From Octopus vulgaris (taxonomy: Eukaryota), in NCBI GenBank assembly GCA_951406725.2, contig OX597819.1, positions 71,486,001 through 71,550,000 on the forward strand: 64,000 bases of DNA. The letters run 5' to 3'. The notes beneath the pieces are model-generated. The model did no database searches and was not told the DNA's origin. It saw nothing but the letters and a program-made list of their open reading frames with translations. This document shows, one piece after another, positions 27,845-40,342 of this stretch (the stretch's first letter is position 1; each line of letters starts with the position of its first letter). The position numbers and the translations under genes are program-made.

Positions 27845-28088
27845 ATCACCGTGACCGACCAGGCTATCAGATGTTGCTACACATCGATGGTCACAATGCG
27901 CTTTGCATTGTTTTAGCCTTCAAGTGACGCCACCCCGCTGGCTAAGAGTACAGCAGGGATCGCCACCACCCACTGCCGGAGCCTCGTGGAGCTTTAGGTG
28001 TTTTCGCTCAATAAACACTCACAACGCCCGGTCTGGGAATCGAAACCGCAAGTCCGCTGCCCTAACCACTGGGCCATTGCGCCTCCAC

Positions 28089-28090
<2 letters not shown>
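27845..28090 (-). mobile_element. SINE with a family C head
   Basis: GGAGGCGCAATGGCCCAGTGGTTAGGGCAGCGGAC..GGTTTCGATTCCC, containing A and B boxes. Confidence 0.8.
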
Positions 28091-28177
<87 letters not shown>

Positions 28178-28257
28178 TAATTAAGGGTAGAAATTGATAT
28201 TAGTCAATTAAAACCAGTGGTCTAGCATATTAAAAGAATCCGAAGATTAAAATATTC

Positions 28258-28458
28258 ATATATACCAATTAAGGACTGAACACGAAAAGTGGACAGTCAA
28301 CATGCTAGATATAGACGTCAAATCGCCATTCTCCACAAAGATTATGTGCTGAATTTTATTTTTTGAGAACATAATCTTTGTGGAGAATGGCGATTTGACG
28401 TCTATATCTAGCATGTTGACTGTCCACTTTTCGTGTTCAGTCCTTAATTGGTATATAT
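28258..28458. repeat. Perfect 90-bp inverted repeat with a 21-nt spacer
   Basis: 28258-28347 is the exact reverse complement of 28369-28458. The structure sits between long (TA)n tracts. Confidence 0.95.
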
Positions 28459-28489
28459 ATATATATATATATATATCTACGTATGTATG

Positions 28490-28560
<71 letters not shown>

Positions 28561-28571
28561 ACGTATGTATG

Positions 28572-28672
<101 letters not shown>

Positions 28673-28759
28673 TTACTTAGAATATATAACTTACTTTTTG
28701 GCCAGTATTGGCCCAGGCCATGTCTAACTTAATAGCACCACCTGGTGAAGTCTTTCAGT

Positions 28760-31700
28760 TCAGGATTTGGGCACCAAGGCCCATTCGAGCAGAGAGCTAT
28801 TGTTTGCGGAGACATATCCGGGTGTGGGTGGTTTGTCCGGTACTGTTTGAAGGAATTTGTCCAAAGACTTCTTGAATTTTGTGTGGTCAGTTTCTTTTTT
28901 GACGTGCCCTGGTGTAATGTTGAAGAGAACAGGTCCAATTGAGGTGAAATAGTTGTGCCGTATTGTCGTTATGTGATGCGATTTAGATTTTTGTTGTGGA
29001 CGGATGGCACGTGGTCCAAGCCTTGGATGCATTTTGAAGGTGATGCCAACATCATTCGGACTGTGCTGGTGGAATATTTTCCACATCATACAGATAATGT
29101 AGCGTTCACGGCGTCGTTGGAGTGAATACAATTTCAGCTTCTCTAGTCTACCCCAGTAGTCAAGGTCTGACATGCCATCTATCTTTTTTGTGATTGACCT
29201 TTGGGGAGCTTCAATTCTCATAATATTTTGTTTTGTGTAGGGAGACCACAGTGGACAGCAGTATTCAAGGTGGGGTCGGGCAAAAGTGGAGAAGAGAAGG
29301 ATAATAGCGTGGGAATCTCTCGACTGGAAGGTTCTGAGAATCCAGGAACACATTCTGCGGGCCATGTCAACTTTGCTGCTTATATGTGTAGCCCAGCTTA
29401 TGTTGTTGTCCACTGTTACTCCCAGGTCTCTGATGTTGTTGGATGCCATGAGAATTTCTCCAGAAGGAAGAGAGTATGGGAGTTTCAGAGCGTCCTCCCT
29501 TCCAAAGTGGATCAGTTCAAATTTGTCTTCATTTAGCAACATGTTATTCTTTTCCGCCCATTTGGACAACAGCCAGTAGGTCTGACTGAAGGTTTATTCG
29601 GTCATCCACGCCATTGATGACCTTCTGGAGCTTGGAGTCATCAGCGAAGGTTCTGATGTTACTGTGTTTGATGGTATCAGTAATATCATTTATGTAGATG
29701 ATGAAGAGAAGTGGGCCCAACACAGTGCCTTGTGGGACACCACTGCTGACTTTGGCTGGGCTGGATTTGACTCCTTCGACTACAACATGTTGGGTTCTGT
29801 TAGACAGGAAACACTTGATCCACTGCAGCAACTTTCCAGTGACACCAATATTGGACAGCTTTTTCAGAAGGATCTTATGATCAACCCTGTCAAAGACCTT
29901 GCTGAAATCAAGGTAGATGACATCAGTGTTGGAACCTTCTCCCAAGGCTCTCAAAATGTCATCAAAATGATGCAGTAGCTGCATCAGGCAATCTCTCCCA
30001 TTACGGAATCCATGCTGGTTGGGGTTCAGCATATTATGACTCTCAAGGAAGTGAGTCATACGCGATCTCAGCACCCTCTCAAATACCTTGATGATATGAG
30101 AGGTGAGTGAGATTGGACGGTAATTCACGGCAAGCGATTTGTTTCCTTTTTTGAAAACTGGGACAACAGACTGGGATAGAAGGTCCTCTGGTATATATCC
30201 AGCATCCAGTGAGTTCCGCCACAGATTGGCTAGAGGGGGTGCAAGTTGGTTTTGACACATCTTCAAGACACAAGCAGGGAACCTATCGGAACCTACTGCT
30301 GAATTATGCTTAATTTCCTTTATTGCTGCTAAGACATCAGGAGCGCCAAATGTTATGTCCGATAAAGTGTATTGGGGAGTAACATCACTAATACAGCCCA
30401 GATCAGTCATATCAGGATTGCTGAAAACAGAGCAATATTGTTTCTGCAATATCTCTCCCATGGTTTTGGCATTGTCTTGAAGAGTACCATTTTCATCAAT
30501 CAGAGGGCCAACAGTAGAACCAGTGACTCTGTGTTTTTTTGCAAATGAAAAGAACACTTTGGGATTGAGTTTGATCTTCTCAATGGCCCAGGCCTCTTCA
30601 GCTCTTCGCTGACTATTGATGATAGACATCATGTTGCTTTGGAGTTTATGTTTTTTAATCTCTAGCGACGAGATGGCAGTCAGGTTGGTGTGTTGCTGTT
30701 GACAGTATTTCAGCATGTTGATCTTTTTGTTGATTCTTTTAATTTTCCTTATGAGAGATTTTCTATTTCTAGGGATTCGACACTTAGATTTGTTTGCAGA
30801 TCTTAATGGGGTGTGTCTTGCACATATGTTCATGGTGGTGTCTACAAGTGACTGCCAGGACTTTTTAATGTTAGTGGGTGTGTATGTGTGCGTGAAGGAC
30901 CAATCGACTTGTGCAAGATCATTATTGATCGCTTCCCAGTTTGCATTGTGGAAATCCATAGTGTCAAATGGATGAATGAATGAACAGGAGGGATGACATT
31001 TGTTTTGCATTTTGGCCAGTGAAATCTCAGATCACAGAGAACCATGTCATGGTCGGAGAGTAGGGTTTTCTCCACTGCAATATTGTGGATAGTATCAGTG
31101 TAATTGCTGAAAATTAAGTCTAAGACGTTTTTGTGACATCTCGTTGGTTCGAGTACCAGTTGGAACAAAAAGAAGTCATCCATGAAGTCAAGAAGCGATT
31201 CCACTGCCTCCCTGTCAGGGGTTGAGAGAGAAGAATCTGGCGGCAGACTGTTTGTAGACCAGTCAACCCCGGGAAGGTTGAAGTCTCCCATCATTAAAAT
31301 GTTGTCAGGTTGACACTGCTGAATGAAACACTTTATGCTGTTGAGGCATTCCTTGAAGCATGGTAGGGGCGTTTGGGGTGGTCTGTAGAGCCCAACTACT
31401 GTTAAGTTGTTGGTTTGACTGAATACAGCGACTGCTTCGCAGTATCCATTCGAAAATATGTTCATGGCTTCTGTTGAGAATGAATCATGGACATAAATGG
31501 CAGTCCCACCCTTTCTTCTGCCAGCACGATCAGCACGAATGGTTTTGAAATTTTTAACTTTCACCTCGGCTTCCAAGTGGAGGTCACTAAGATGGGTTTC
31601 AGTGAGGACGAAGAAAGGGATGTGGTTTGGATGGGCCTCGACCCAGTCCTCCAGGAATCTTATCTTCCATTTTTGTGTATTGGTGGAAGGGCTGATGCCT

Positions 31701-31786
31701 TGGGCATTAAGCAGAAATGTTGAGGCGAGAGTGGATGGTTTTAATTGTTTTGGTGATTTGTTTATTTGATTGCTTTTTAATGGCAT
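28760..31786 (-). pseudogene. LINE ORF2: apurinic endonuclease + reverse transcriptase, 2 frameshifts
   Basis: APE motifs LTETHL, GGTAIYV, GLYRPP, MGDFNLP, SDHD. RT motifs NYRPISLTS, LDFSKVFDRVDH, GVPQGTVLGPLLF, FADDSK. CR1-type C-terminus LEYCCPLWSP, LYSLQRRRERY. Frameshifts near 30975 and 29562. Confidence 0.95.
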
Positions 31787-32570
31787 GTGCAGTGGGGTAT
31801 TTGTGGTGGATGGTGGTGGGTGATAGCTCGGATGTTTTTTTCTAGTTCTTTTGCTAGATTCATTATAGCTAAAAAAGAGGAAGAAGAGGTGGTTTCCTGT
31901 CTAGGGAACCGCAGGTGACTGTGGCCGCGGCTATTTTTATGTGAGTGGTTATCTTTAAATGTCCGACGAGTCCCCGGGAGATGGGTAAAGGGGCAATCCC
32001 TGTGCAGACACACAATCTGTCTCGCTGGGAATAGCGGCAGATTTGGGGATTCCTTGTTTGAGATATTGGTGGTTGTGGTAGTGTTGTATTATGGTGGTTG
32101 CTGTTGTAGTTTGTGGGGATAGAGCGTTTCGTTCCAGGTAAATGGGTGAATTTGCAGTCTCTATCAGTGCACAGTCTATGGCGAAGAGAATATCGGCAAA
32201 TGATGGGGTTTCGAGTGGGTGTGTAGGTGCGTGTGTGTGTGTGAGTTTTGAAAGGTGTAGATGATAGTTTGTTGAAGTTTTGGCGACCTTTGTGACCTGT
32301 AGGAGGTAAATTCCTTGAGATAGCATTAGTAGTAGTAGTAGTAGTAGGTAGAAGAGATGTTGACAGTGGTAATGATTGAGGAGGTCGATTCCAAGACAAA
32401 GATGTTTGTCGATACATAGTTGGAGTAGTACTAGTAGTAGTAAGCAGAGGAGATGGTGTTGACAATGATGATGATTGAGCTGCTGGGGCAGTGAAAGGAA
32501 GGGGTGGTGCTTCCTGCTGTGTGACCCTGATGACTGGGGGGTCAATCGTTTCGTTTAGCAAATCGGCCAT
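31777..32570 (-). pseudogene. LINE ORF1 with two CCCH zinc fingers, 1 frameshift
   Basis: CRYSLRHRLCTDRDCKFTH, and CRYSQRDRLC/LHRDCPFTH split by an extra GT near 32010. S/T/P-rich N-terminus. Its stop lies just past the ORF2 start (10-nt overlap). Confidence 0.75.
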
Positions 32571-32602
32571 TGTAGATGAAATCGGCCATATATATATATA
32601 TA

Positions 32603-32945
32603 TGGTAGTTCCTAGAAGATCTAACACCCGGTTAAGGATTAAAAGTTATTCCAGTCATCTGACTGGACACCACTGCATAATATCAAATGTCCTGCTGCTA
32701 ACGTCCAGAGTAAGGGACCAATGCTGTTGCAGCTTAGGATTCAAATGCGCAGAACTTTTCAACATTGCCAAAAAGCCTCAAAGATCTACGAGGAGTAAAT
32801 GAGTATGTCTTCAAAGATCAATTAAGCAAATTTTATCTAATATTCCAGATGAACCCACATCACAGCAAGAAATGCCAAGAAACGCCAAGAAGGGCAGTTT
32901 TGTCCATCTCACTACTTCCCCAGGACTAATTCCGGAGACAGGACC
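32603..32945 (+). pseudogene. 3' fragment of a second, older CR1-group LINE
   Basis: Peptides SLGFKCAELFN, KSLKDLRGVN and LSNIPDEPTSQQE parallel the C-terminus of the adjacent LINE (LQTVPDKPPTPGY). Confidence 0.7.
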
Positions 32946-32959
32946 GAGAAGTGAGTCTA

Positions 32960-33118
32960 GAATAAGCAGCTGTATGGTAAGAAGTTTGCTTCCCAACCAC
33001 ATGGATCAGGGTTCAGTCCCACTGTGTAGCACCTTGGGCAAGTGTCTTCTACTCTATCCTCGGGCGGACCAAAGCCTTATGAGTGGATTTGGTAGACGGA
33101 AACTGAAAGAAGCCCGTC

Positions 33119-33157
<39 letters not shown>

Positions 33158-33375
33158 AACATATCTATGCGTGTGTGTGTGTGTGCCTTTGTGTCTGTGT
33201 TTGTCTCCCACCGCAACTTGACAACCGGTGTTGGTATGTTTACATTCCCGTAACTTAGATAGAATAAGTACCTGGCTTTAAATAATTAAGTCTTGAGGGT
33301 CGACTCATTCAATTAAATATACTTCAACGCAGTGCCCCAGCATGGCTGCAATCTAATGACTAATACAAGTAGCAC
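32960..33375 (+). mobile_element. SINE family B
   Basis: GGTTCAGTCCCACTGTGTAGCACCTTGGGCAAGTGTCTTCTAC core. Confidence 0.85.
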
Positions 33376-33458
33376 TACTAGCAGTGATCCAGCGTGGCCA
33401 CGGTCTCTGGCTGAAACCGGTATTAGATTAATAAAGTAACACCTGTTATTTGTTTTAA

Positions 33459-33680
33459 TCCATTAAGTCCCACTGTCCTATAAATAGGACACTAAATCAG
33501 AACATTAAATAAGCTATATCACATTGTCTCGGTGTCCTATTTCTAGGACGCCGAGTATTTTCATTTCTACTTGAAGTAAATTAGTTTTGATAATTATTTT
33601 TTCATTTTAACCTATTTTCAATCATCTGTAAATATTTAAAAGTAATATTCAGAAATTTAAGTACTCTGGGACTTAATGGG
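33459..33680. mobile_element. piggyBac-type MITE
   Basis: TIRs (T)CCATTAAGTCCCA / TGGGACTTAATGGG, flanked by TTAA / TCAA. Confidence 0.7.
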
Positions 33681-33865
33681 TCAATCAGTCCCTTAGGGAG
33701 GTTATATATATTTACACACACACACACATATTTATATAAATAACCATTAATAATCACAATCACCAAGTGCACTCCGTTTCCTGCTATTAATGAGGATTTC
33801 TTAGATTATAGCACAATGTCACACATTTGCAGAGAATGAGAGCAATTAATGAGCTTCAATATATA

Positions 33866-34176
33866 TAGTAATCCCTCGACTATCGCGGGTGTCATGCCCC
33901 CAAAACCCCCGTAATAGGTGAAAATCCTCGAAGTAGAAACAGTAATGTACTGCATATTTGCTTTTATTTTTATAATTTATATAGATATTTACTTTATTAT
34001 AAATACAAAACAACACCACGGAGGAAACGATGTATGCCTTAGGTGAACCACGACAGGTGAACTGCGATAGGTGAACTGCGATAGGTGAACCGCGATAGAT
34101 GAACTGCGATGGATGAACCGCGATAGGTGAAAAGTTAACCGCGATAAGTGAACTGCGATATGGCGAGGGATTACTG
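33866..34176. mobile_element. pogo/Tigger-type MITE with an internal 14-bp tandem array
   Basis: TIRs (T)AGTAATCCCTCG / CGAGGGATTACTG with TA flanks. About 8 GTGAACYGCGATAG units at 34043-34160. Confidence 0.8.
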
Positions 34177-34583
34177 TAACTAGTAAAAGACGCTGGTAAA
34201 ATCGTGAGCGCGGGAAAAATGCTTACCGACATTTTGTGCGTCTTTATGCTCAGGGTTCAAATTCCGCTAAGGTCGACTTTGTCATCTTTTCGGGGTCAAT
34301 AGAATAATTATCAGTTGAGTACTGGCATTGATTTGACCGACTTCGCACCCTCCCCACAATTGCTGGCTTTGTGCCAAGATTTGAAACCAAAATTATTTGT
34401 AATTATCTTCGTTACTTTATAGTGTTACTCGTCATATGAGTAGAAAAAGCTACCCGTCATATGACGGGTAGCTTTGCAAATATACTTTTGTCACGGCTGA
34501 TAATATCAGGAAATATATACATACATATATATTCATACATACACTCACGCACATATCTATACATACATACATACATACATACA

Positions 34584-34617
<34 letters not shown>

Positions 34618-34704
34618 CATGCATACATACATTCATGGAATATACATACATATATGGAATACATTGGAATACATTGGAATGCATACATGTATGGAGTACA
34701 TTGG

Positions 34705-35200
34705 AATACATTCATAAACACCAACTCAAGGAATACTGGTGTAATATTCTCATCAAAACTTCTGACAAATGTTAAACTTAACACGCCGGATATTGTTGTT
34801 TAGGACAGAGGTGTAAAGGTATGCATCATTTATATGCCCAACATATATAAATATCTCTTTGAAAACGAAAGAAAAAGAGGATATCTATGGACAAGTGCTT
34901 CGAAACTTCCAGCTTCTATATCCAGACTATGAATTCATATTCATACCAATAATAATTGGAGCACAAGGTTGTGTTAGTAAATGCTTAAAGGAGAATCTGG
35001 ATAAACTGGGATTTTCAGAATGAGAAATAGACCGACTGATTTGTGCATTACAAGTGCAATCTGTAACTGGAACAGTAAAAGTATGCAAGACTTTTCTCAA
35101 GATCCAAATGTGAATTTGTCTGTGTTAACTACATCCCAGAGATGCAGCCTTGCATCTTTGTTGGAAACCGGCTCCCTCCTCAGTGGAAGATTTATAATAA
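34705..35200 (+). pseudogene. 3' end of an R4/Dong-type non-LTR retrotransposon (restriction-like endonuclease domain)
   Basis: NTPDIVV*DR...KEKEDIYGQVLRNFQLLYPDYEFIFIPIIIGAQGCVSKCLKENLDKLGF. Ends at a TAA-type tract. Confidence 0.8.
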
Positions 35201-35267
35201 TTAAAAAAATAGAAGAGGCAACCATCCCTCCCTCCATACATCCATACACGCACGCACACACACACAC

Positions 35268-35315
<48 letters not shown>

Positions 35316-35680
35316 GCGCGCACATATTTATATATATTTATACACGAAGGCTCGTGGCCTAGTGGTTAAGCAGTTACACTCACGATCACTAGTGCGTTGT
35401 ATTCTTGAGCAAAACACTTCATTTCATATTGGTCCAGTCCCCTTTCAATCGGGGGTGGTGTCATTCAAAGGCTGAAACAGTGCTTAGGCGCATTATGACC
35501 AGCGATATATAACATCTGATTGTCTTGTCGGTCACGTGATCTCGTGATATGTAAATATATAAATATATATATATAGAGAGAGAGAGAAACACACACACAC
35601 ACATATATATATATACAGGCATATACGTGTGTGTGTGTGTGTATGTGTGTGTGTGTGTGCGTGTGTGTGTGTGCGCGCGC

Positions 35681-35719
<39 letters not shown>

Positions 35720-36117
35720 CCAAATAAATAATAACAGAACTAATTGTCAGAAGTAGTGAGTGAATATTTTATTAAAGAGAAAGGGGAGCGTGAGTTGGAA
35801 AGAGAAAATATGAAACACAGGGAGTGGGAGTAAAAAGAAAATTTTGAGTAAGGGAATGAGCAGTAAAGGGAAAGGCAAGATAATATAGAGAGAGGGGAAA
35901 TCAGGAAATGCAAAAGCATTAGGTACATCTGAGAAAGAGAATAAGTTTAAGAAGAGGGAGCGTTAGAAATGGTAAGAATGTGAGAGAGAAACTTAGTTGT
36001 TGAAGTGAGAGGGAGAAAAGAGAAAGTGGGGAGGATAATTTGTAATTGAAGTTTGCATAGGACACGTAAAGTGACTGATATTTTAGCTAAATATGGTGAA
36101 AGGTCAGACGTGACGTT

Positions 36118-36165
<48 letters not shown>

Positions 36166-36351
36166 AAGGAGAGAGAGGTAGAGAGACTGAGAGAAGTGAG
36201 AGAGGGGCAGAAATAACGTGAAAGCGAGTGTAATTGATGCGCGCGCATCCTCCTGAGTTGCAGGTCATTCCAACAAATAGATCCTGCTTATCAATTCATC
36301 TCTGTTCATTTGTCTGCTTGTCTCTCTATCTGTTTATCTGTATGTGTGTTC

Positions 36352-36420
<69 letters not shown>

Positions 36421-36475
36421 CCTACCTATCTATCTATCTATCTATCTACCTCTATCTATCTATCTATCTATCTAC

Positions 36476-36538
<63 letters not shown>

Positions 36539-36540
36539 CC
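36352..36540. repeat. (TCTA)n microsatellite
   Basis: Read directly from the sequence. Confidence 0.95.
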
Positions 36541-38101
36541 CATAAAACCTACAAACTTTCAGTTTAATATTTGATGAAACCTTACAGTAGATCGACATTC
36601 GTGTTATATATGGCGAAATGTTAATATAATATCTTCCGATACATCCCATATCAATATTTACAATTTTGTCACAAACAAACATCTGTTTTCGTCTTGACTT
36701 CCGATTTAAAATTCATGGAAAATTTACAGAACTGTAGAAAGTTGGTGATATCTCATGGAATGGGATGTGTATCGATAGGAATCAACTTTGGTATAAACAT
36801 GTCAATACCTTATCTTCAGAATATGTAGCAGAGCAACTAATCTCCTGTCAAAAGATAGGTTCTATTTACATTTTAAACAGCCTGATCTATCTCTACATCC
36901 CCAACGTGTTTTAATCATGTCAACTAAGAGGAATCGCTGTCATTTGAAATACATTTGAATGTTACTGGGCCAGTGGGTTCTTATCTAAAGGATTCATACG
37001 ATCGTGGGCGATGAGAAATACCCCCCCCCACACACACACACACTCACCCCTGGAGAGAACGTCAGATGTTGACTATCACAAATGACTTTTCCTTCCGTTG
37101 AAATTTACTGAAACGCTAGAAGTTAACTAAACAGCAATGGTGTGTTGCTGTTGTTGAAAATCGAGGCAGACGCAAACATTTGAGAGTTATGAGAGACGAT
37201 GCAATGCCGGTGACATGATGTAACGCGACAAACTCCTCAAGAACTGTTCTGTACCATGGATCATTTAGCCGTTGGCATTTGTCCTTTAGCGGGATGCTTG
37301 ACACCCTCCACCTTCCTTTCGCGCTAATTATGGCGAAGGACAACTATTTAAGTCACAGACATACAAATATATAAGTCGACAAAAGACTTCGAAATATAAA
37401 ATTCTCCTGTTGTTTCTTTTGACTATTCTGCATTACAAAAACGCAACAACAAAGCTGAGTAATAATGGTTTCAATTTTTGGCACAAGGCCAGCAATTTCA
37501 GGAGAGGCTTAAATCAATTACGTCGGCCCATGGCTCAACTGGTACTTTATCGACCCCGAAAGGATGAAAAGCAAAGTCGACCTCGACAGCATTTGAACTT
37601 AGAACGTAATGACAGGCGAAATGCCGCTAAGCTAAGCATTTTCCCCAGTGTGCCAACGATTCTACCAGCTCGTCGTCTTAAAGCCGAAAAATAATAACTA
37701 AATTTCTCCAATTAAATAAAGTTACCTCCCCAAATTCCAGAAGATTTCCCTTTCTAGAACCTAAAGATCAACAAAAGCTGCACACAGTTAATCAGGTGTT
37801 GAAATATAAACTATCCCTAGAACAGATTTTGTTCTTTCACATGGGTAGCTTTTCTGACTGTCAGCATTGAAAGCAACACTAAAAACCAACGGTCTGCTGT
37901 TATAACACAGTGATAGAAACAAACCGTTTCGGTAAATCGTTCTAGGTATACTCAACTATTGAGTACTCATGTAATGTATTTTGGCAGTGGATGCAACGCA
38001 GCGCCAATTGCGAGACACTAACTGCCTTCACATCGGATGGGTTGTCTGATATTTTACCAACTCAACACAATACATGAATTGATGAACAATTATATCTATA
38101 A

Positions 38102-38292
38102 TACAGTTCTATATTTAAGAGATGAGGAATTGTGTACATTGTTTACATTTCACGGATATTTGTCCTTAACTTGTTTGTTGTTAACACAACGTTTCGGTTG
38201 ATATACCCTCCAGCCTTCATCAGGTGTCTTGGGGAAATTTCGAAACTGGCTTCTCATTCCTAAGGTAATTTTCGATGTTGTTGTTGTTGTTA

Positions 38293-38346
<54 letters not shown>

Positions 38347-38412
38347 TCACTGCCTAGAATCGAACTAGGAATCTTGGGGTTAGTAGTCCGTGCTGTTAAC
38401 CACTACGACACG
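38102..38412 (-). mobile_element. tRNA-headed SINE (family D) with an (AAT)n spacer and a hammerhead-containing tail
   Basis: Head TGTCGTAGTGGTTAA..GGACTACTAACCC..AGTTCGATTCT (A and B boxes), then (AAT)n, then the tail shared with 7675-8175. Confidence 0.8.
38183..38228 (-). ncRNA. Minimal type-I hammerhead ribozyme motif
   Basis: GACAC-CTGATGA-A-GGCTG-GAGGGTATAT-CAACC-GAAA-C-GTT-GTGTT. Confidence 0.7.
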
Positions 38413-40147
38413 TAAATTTATGCTGCCGTTTTTAATGTGTTCCCAACACATCGTAAATGACCCAAAATATATACTTGATATCAATATCATTTTATTCCAC
38501 TGCGATCGACTCGAGAATCATAGTATGAACCCAATTGACAGATCGAAGCCCATTTCAGTATTTCCGGTAAAAGATGATCTTAAAAAAGGCCGTCACCATA
38601 AAAAATTTGTTGAATGAGATTTGGGGCCGCTATACTGAGCCTTTCTAGAAGCTTCCGAGTTTTGAATCGGAATGTACCTGTCGCTTTTATTTAATAGTGG
38701 AAGATATGCAACAATAATCAGAAACTAATATATTTCCTCAAAACAACATGACATGGCACGAGCCAGCTCGTTAGAATATCAAAATGATGACCAGACAGTT
38801 ATCTGACTTTTGTTTTCAATGGCCCAAAGTGTCATGAGCCCTCAATGGCCCATTCAAAGACATGAGATTCCAGTGGTTGATTTCATTTGAGTCTGGTTTC
38901 GGCCGAGATCAAATTCCCGTGGGCACAATAGCTAAAGTCAAGCGGCGATGTGTCAAACATTCGTTTACAGTAGACCGGTGCTAGGGTAAAGAGTCACCAG
39001 CATCAAAATAATTCCAGGAACTAAATTACTCTGACCCGATATTACGTGTATCTTTCACATTTTAAGTCACTGGACCACACTACATATATTTTTAAAGTCA
39101 GGTACTTATTCTATCGGTCTCTTTTGGGGAATCGCAAAGTTACGAGGGACGTAAGCAATCAAACTGGTTGTCAAGTGGTGCATGAACAACCTCAGACACA
39201 TACATACACACACACATGGGACGGGATTCCACAGAATTTCTGTCTTTCAATTCACCTACAAGACATTGGTCGTCCCGGGGCTAGAGTAGCAGACACTTGT
39301 CTAAGGTATTACACAGTGTGACAGAAGCTGAAGCCATGTGGTTCGAAAGCGGACGACTTAACCACACGTCTATGTCTGTACCTATACGAACGTACATCAA
39401 AATGCAGAAATAGGAGCAAGTGTTGAATCATAACATGGGAGCTGGAGGGAATCACTGACAAGGTTTTCAGCTATACTTAAAACGCTTGAGCAGCCCTGCC
39501 TTATATAATAGTGCTTTATGAGTAGTTATGTTCCATGTGTGTGGCAGATGGGAGGCGAAAACCAATGAGAGAATGGTAAGCATCAAACAAACTCATTCTG
39601 CAATCTGTTCTCGACACCATTTGTAGATATTCCATTATTTATTCCATTAATAACCCTGGGAAAAGCATGAATGTCACAGCTTGTATTACCACCTATGTAC
39701 TTGTCATTAAATTAATGGTAATGCACCGACCGACGCCGAATATTAAAGGTCAAACGATTCATTTTATTTATCGCACGGTGCCTGGCTAAATAATTATTAA
39801 TAGTGTATCGGTGATAGTGAATTATCTTTAAAAACAAAATCAATATTCATATTTTCAAAGGAGAATATTTATAAATTTATATATTTATATAAATAGTAAA
39901 TGGGAACGTTTATCAATAGTAAAGACAATATAAAACAGATAAAAACATGTGAAATTGGTAGAAAATGTAGAGACATCACAGCGTCATTATCGTTCGGATT
40001 CAAAAAATATTAGAAGAAAATCATAAAATTATAAATTTTGCAATGAATTTCTAATTTTCTTACCATAAACGTTCTCATGTGAGTGAATAATGTTTGTTAT
40101 AAACAGCGAAAACCTGAACTAATAGATATCTTTTCATGGTGTATAAT

Positions 40148-40342
40148 CTTTTCTACTCCAGGCACAAGGCCCGAAATTTGGGGAGAGGTGGCCAGTCGAT
40201 TAGATCGATCCCAGTACACAACTGGTACTTAATTTATCGACACCGAAAGGGATGAAAGGCAAAGTCGACCTCAGCGGAATTTGAACTCAGGACGTAACAG
40301 CAGACGAAATACAGTTAAGCATTTCGCCCGGCATGCTAACGT
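40148..40342 (-). mobile_element. SINE family A, full length
   Basis: Conserved head, core and tail, with degenerate flanking duplication CATGG..TATAAT. Confidence 0.9.

Noticed and set aside
28020-28090. tRNA gene
   Set aside because: A and B boxes are present but no full cloverleaf; it is a SINE head. The same applies to 38347-38412.
29201-31769. Plus-strand ORFs overlapping the LINE
   Set aside because: They are antisense shadows of ORF2.
34043-34160. CRISPR-like regular repeats
   Set aside because: Units are contiguous with no unique spacers, the context is eukaryotic and there are no cas genes.
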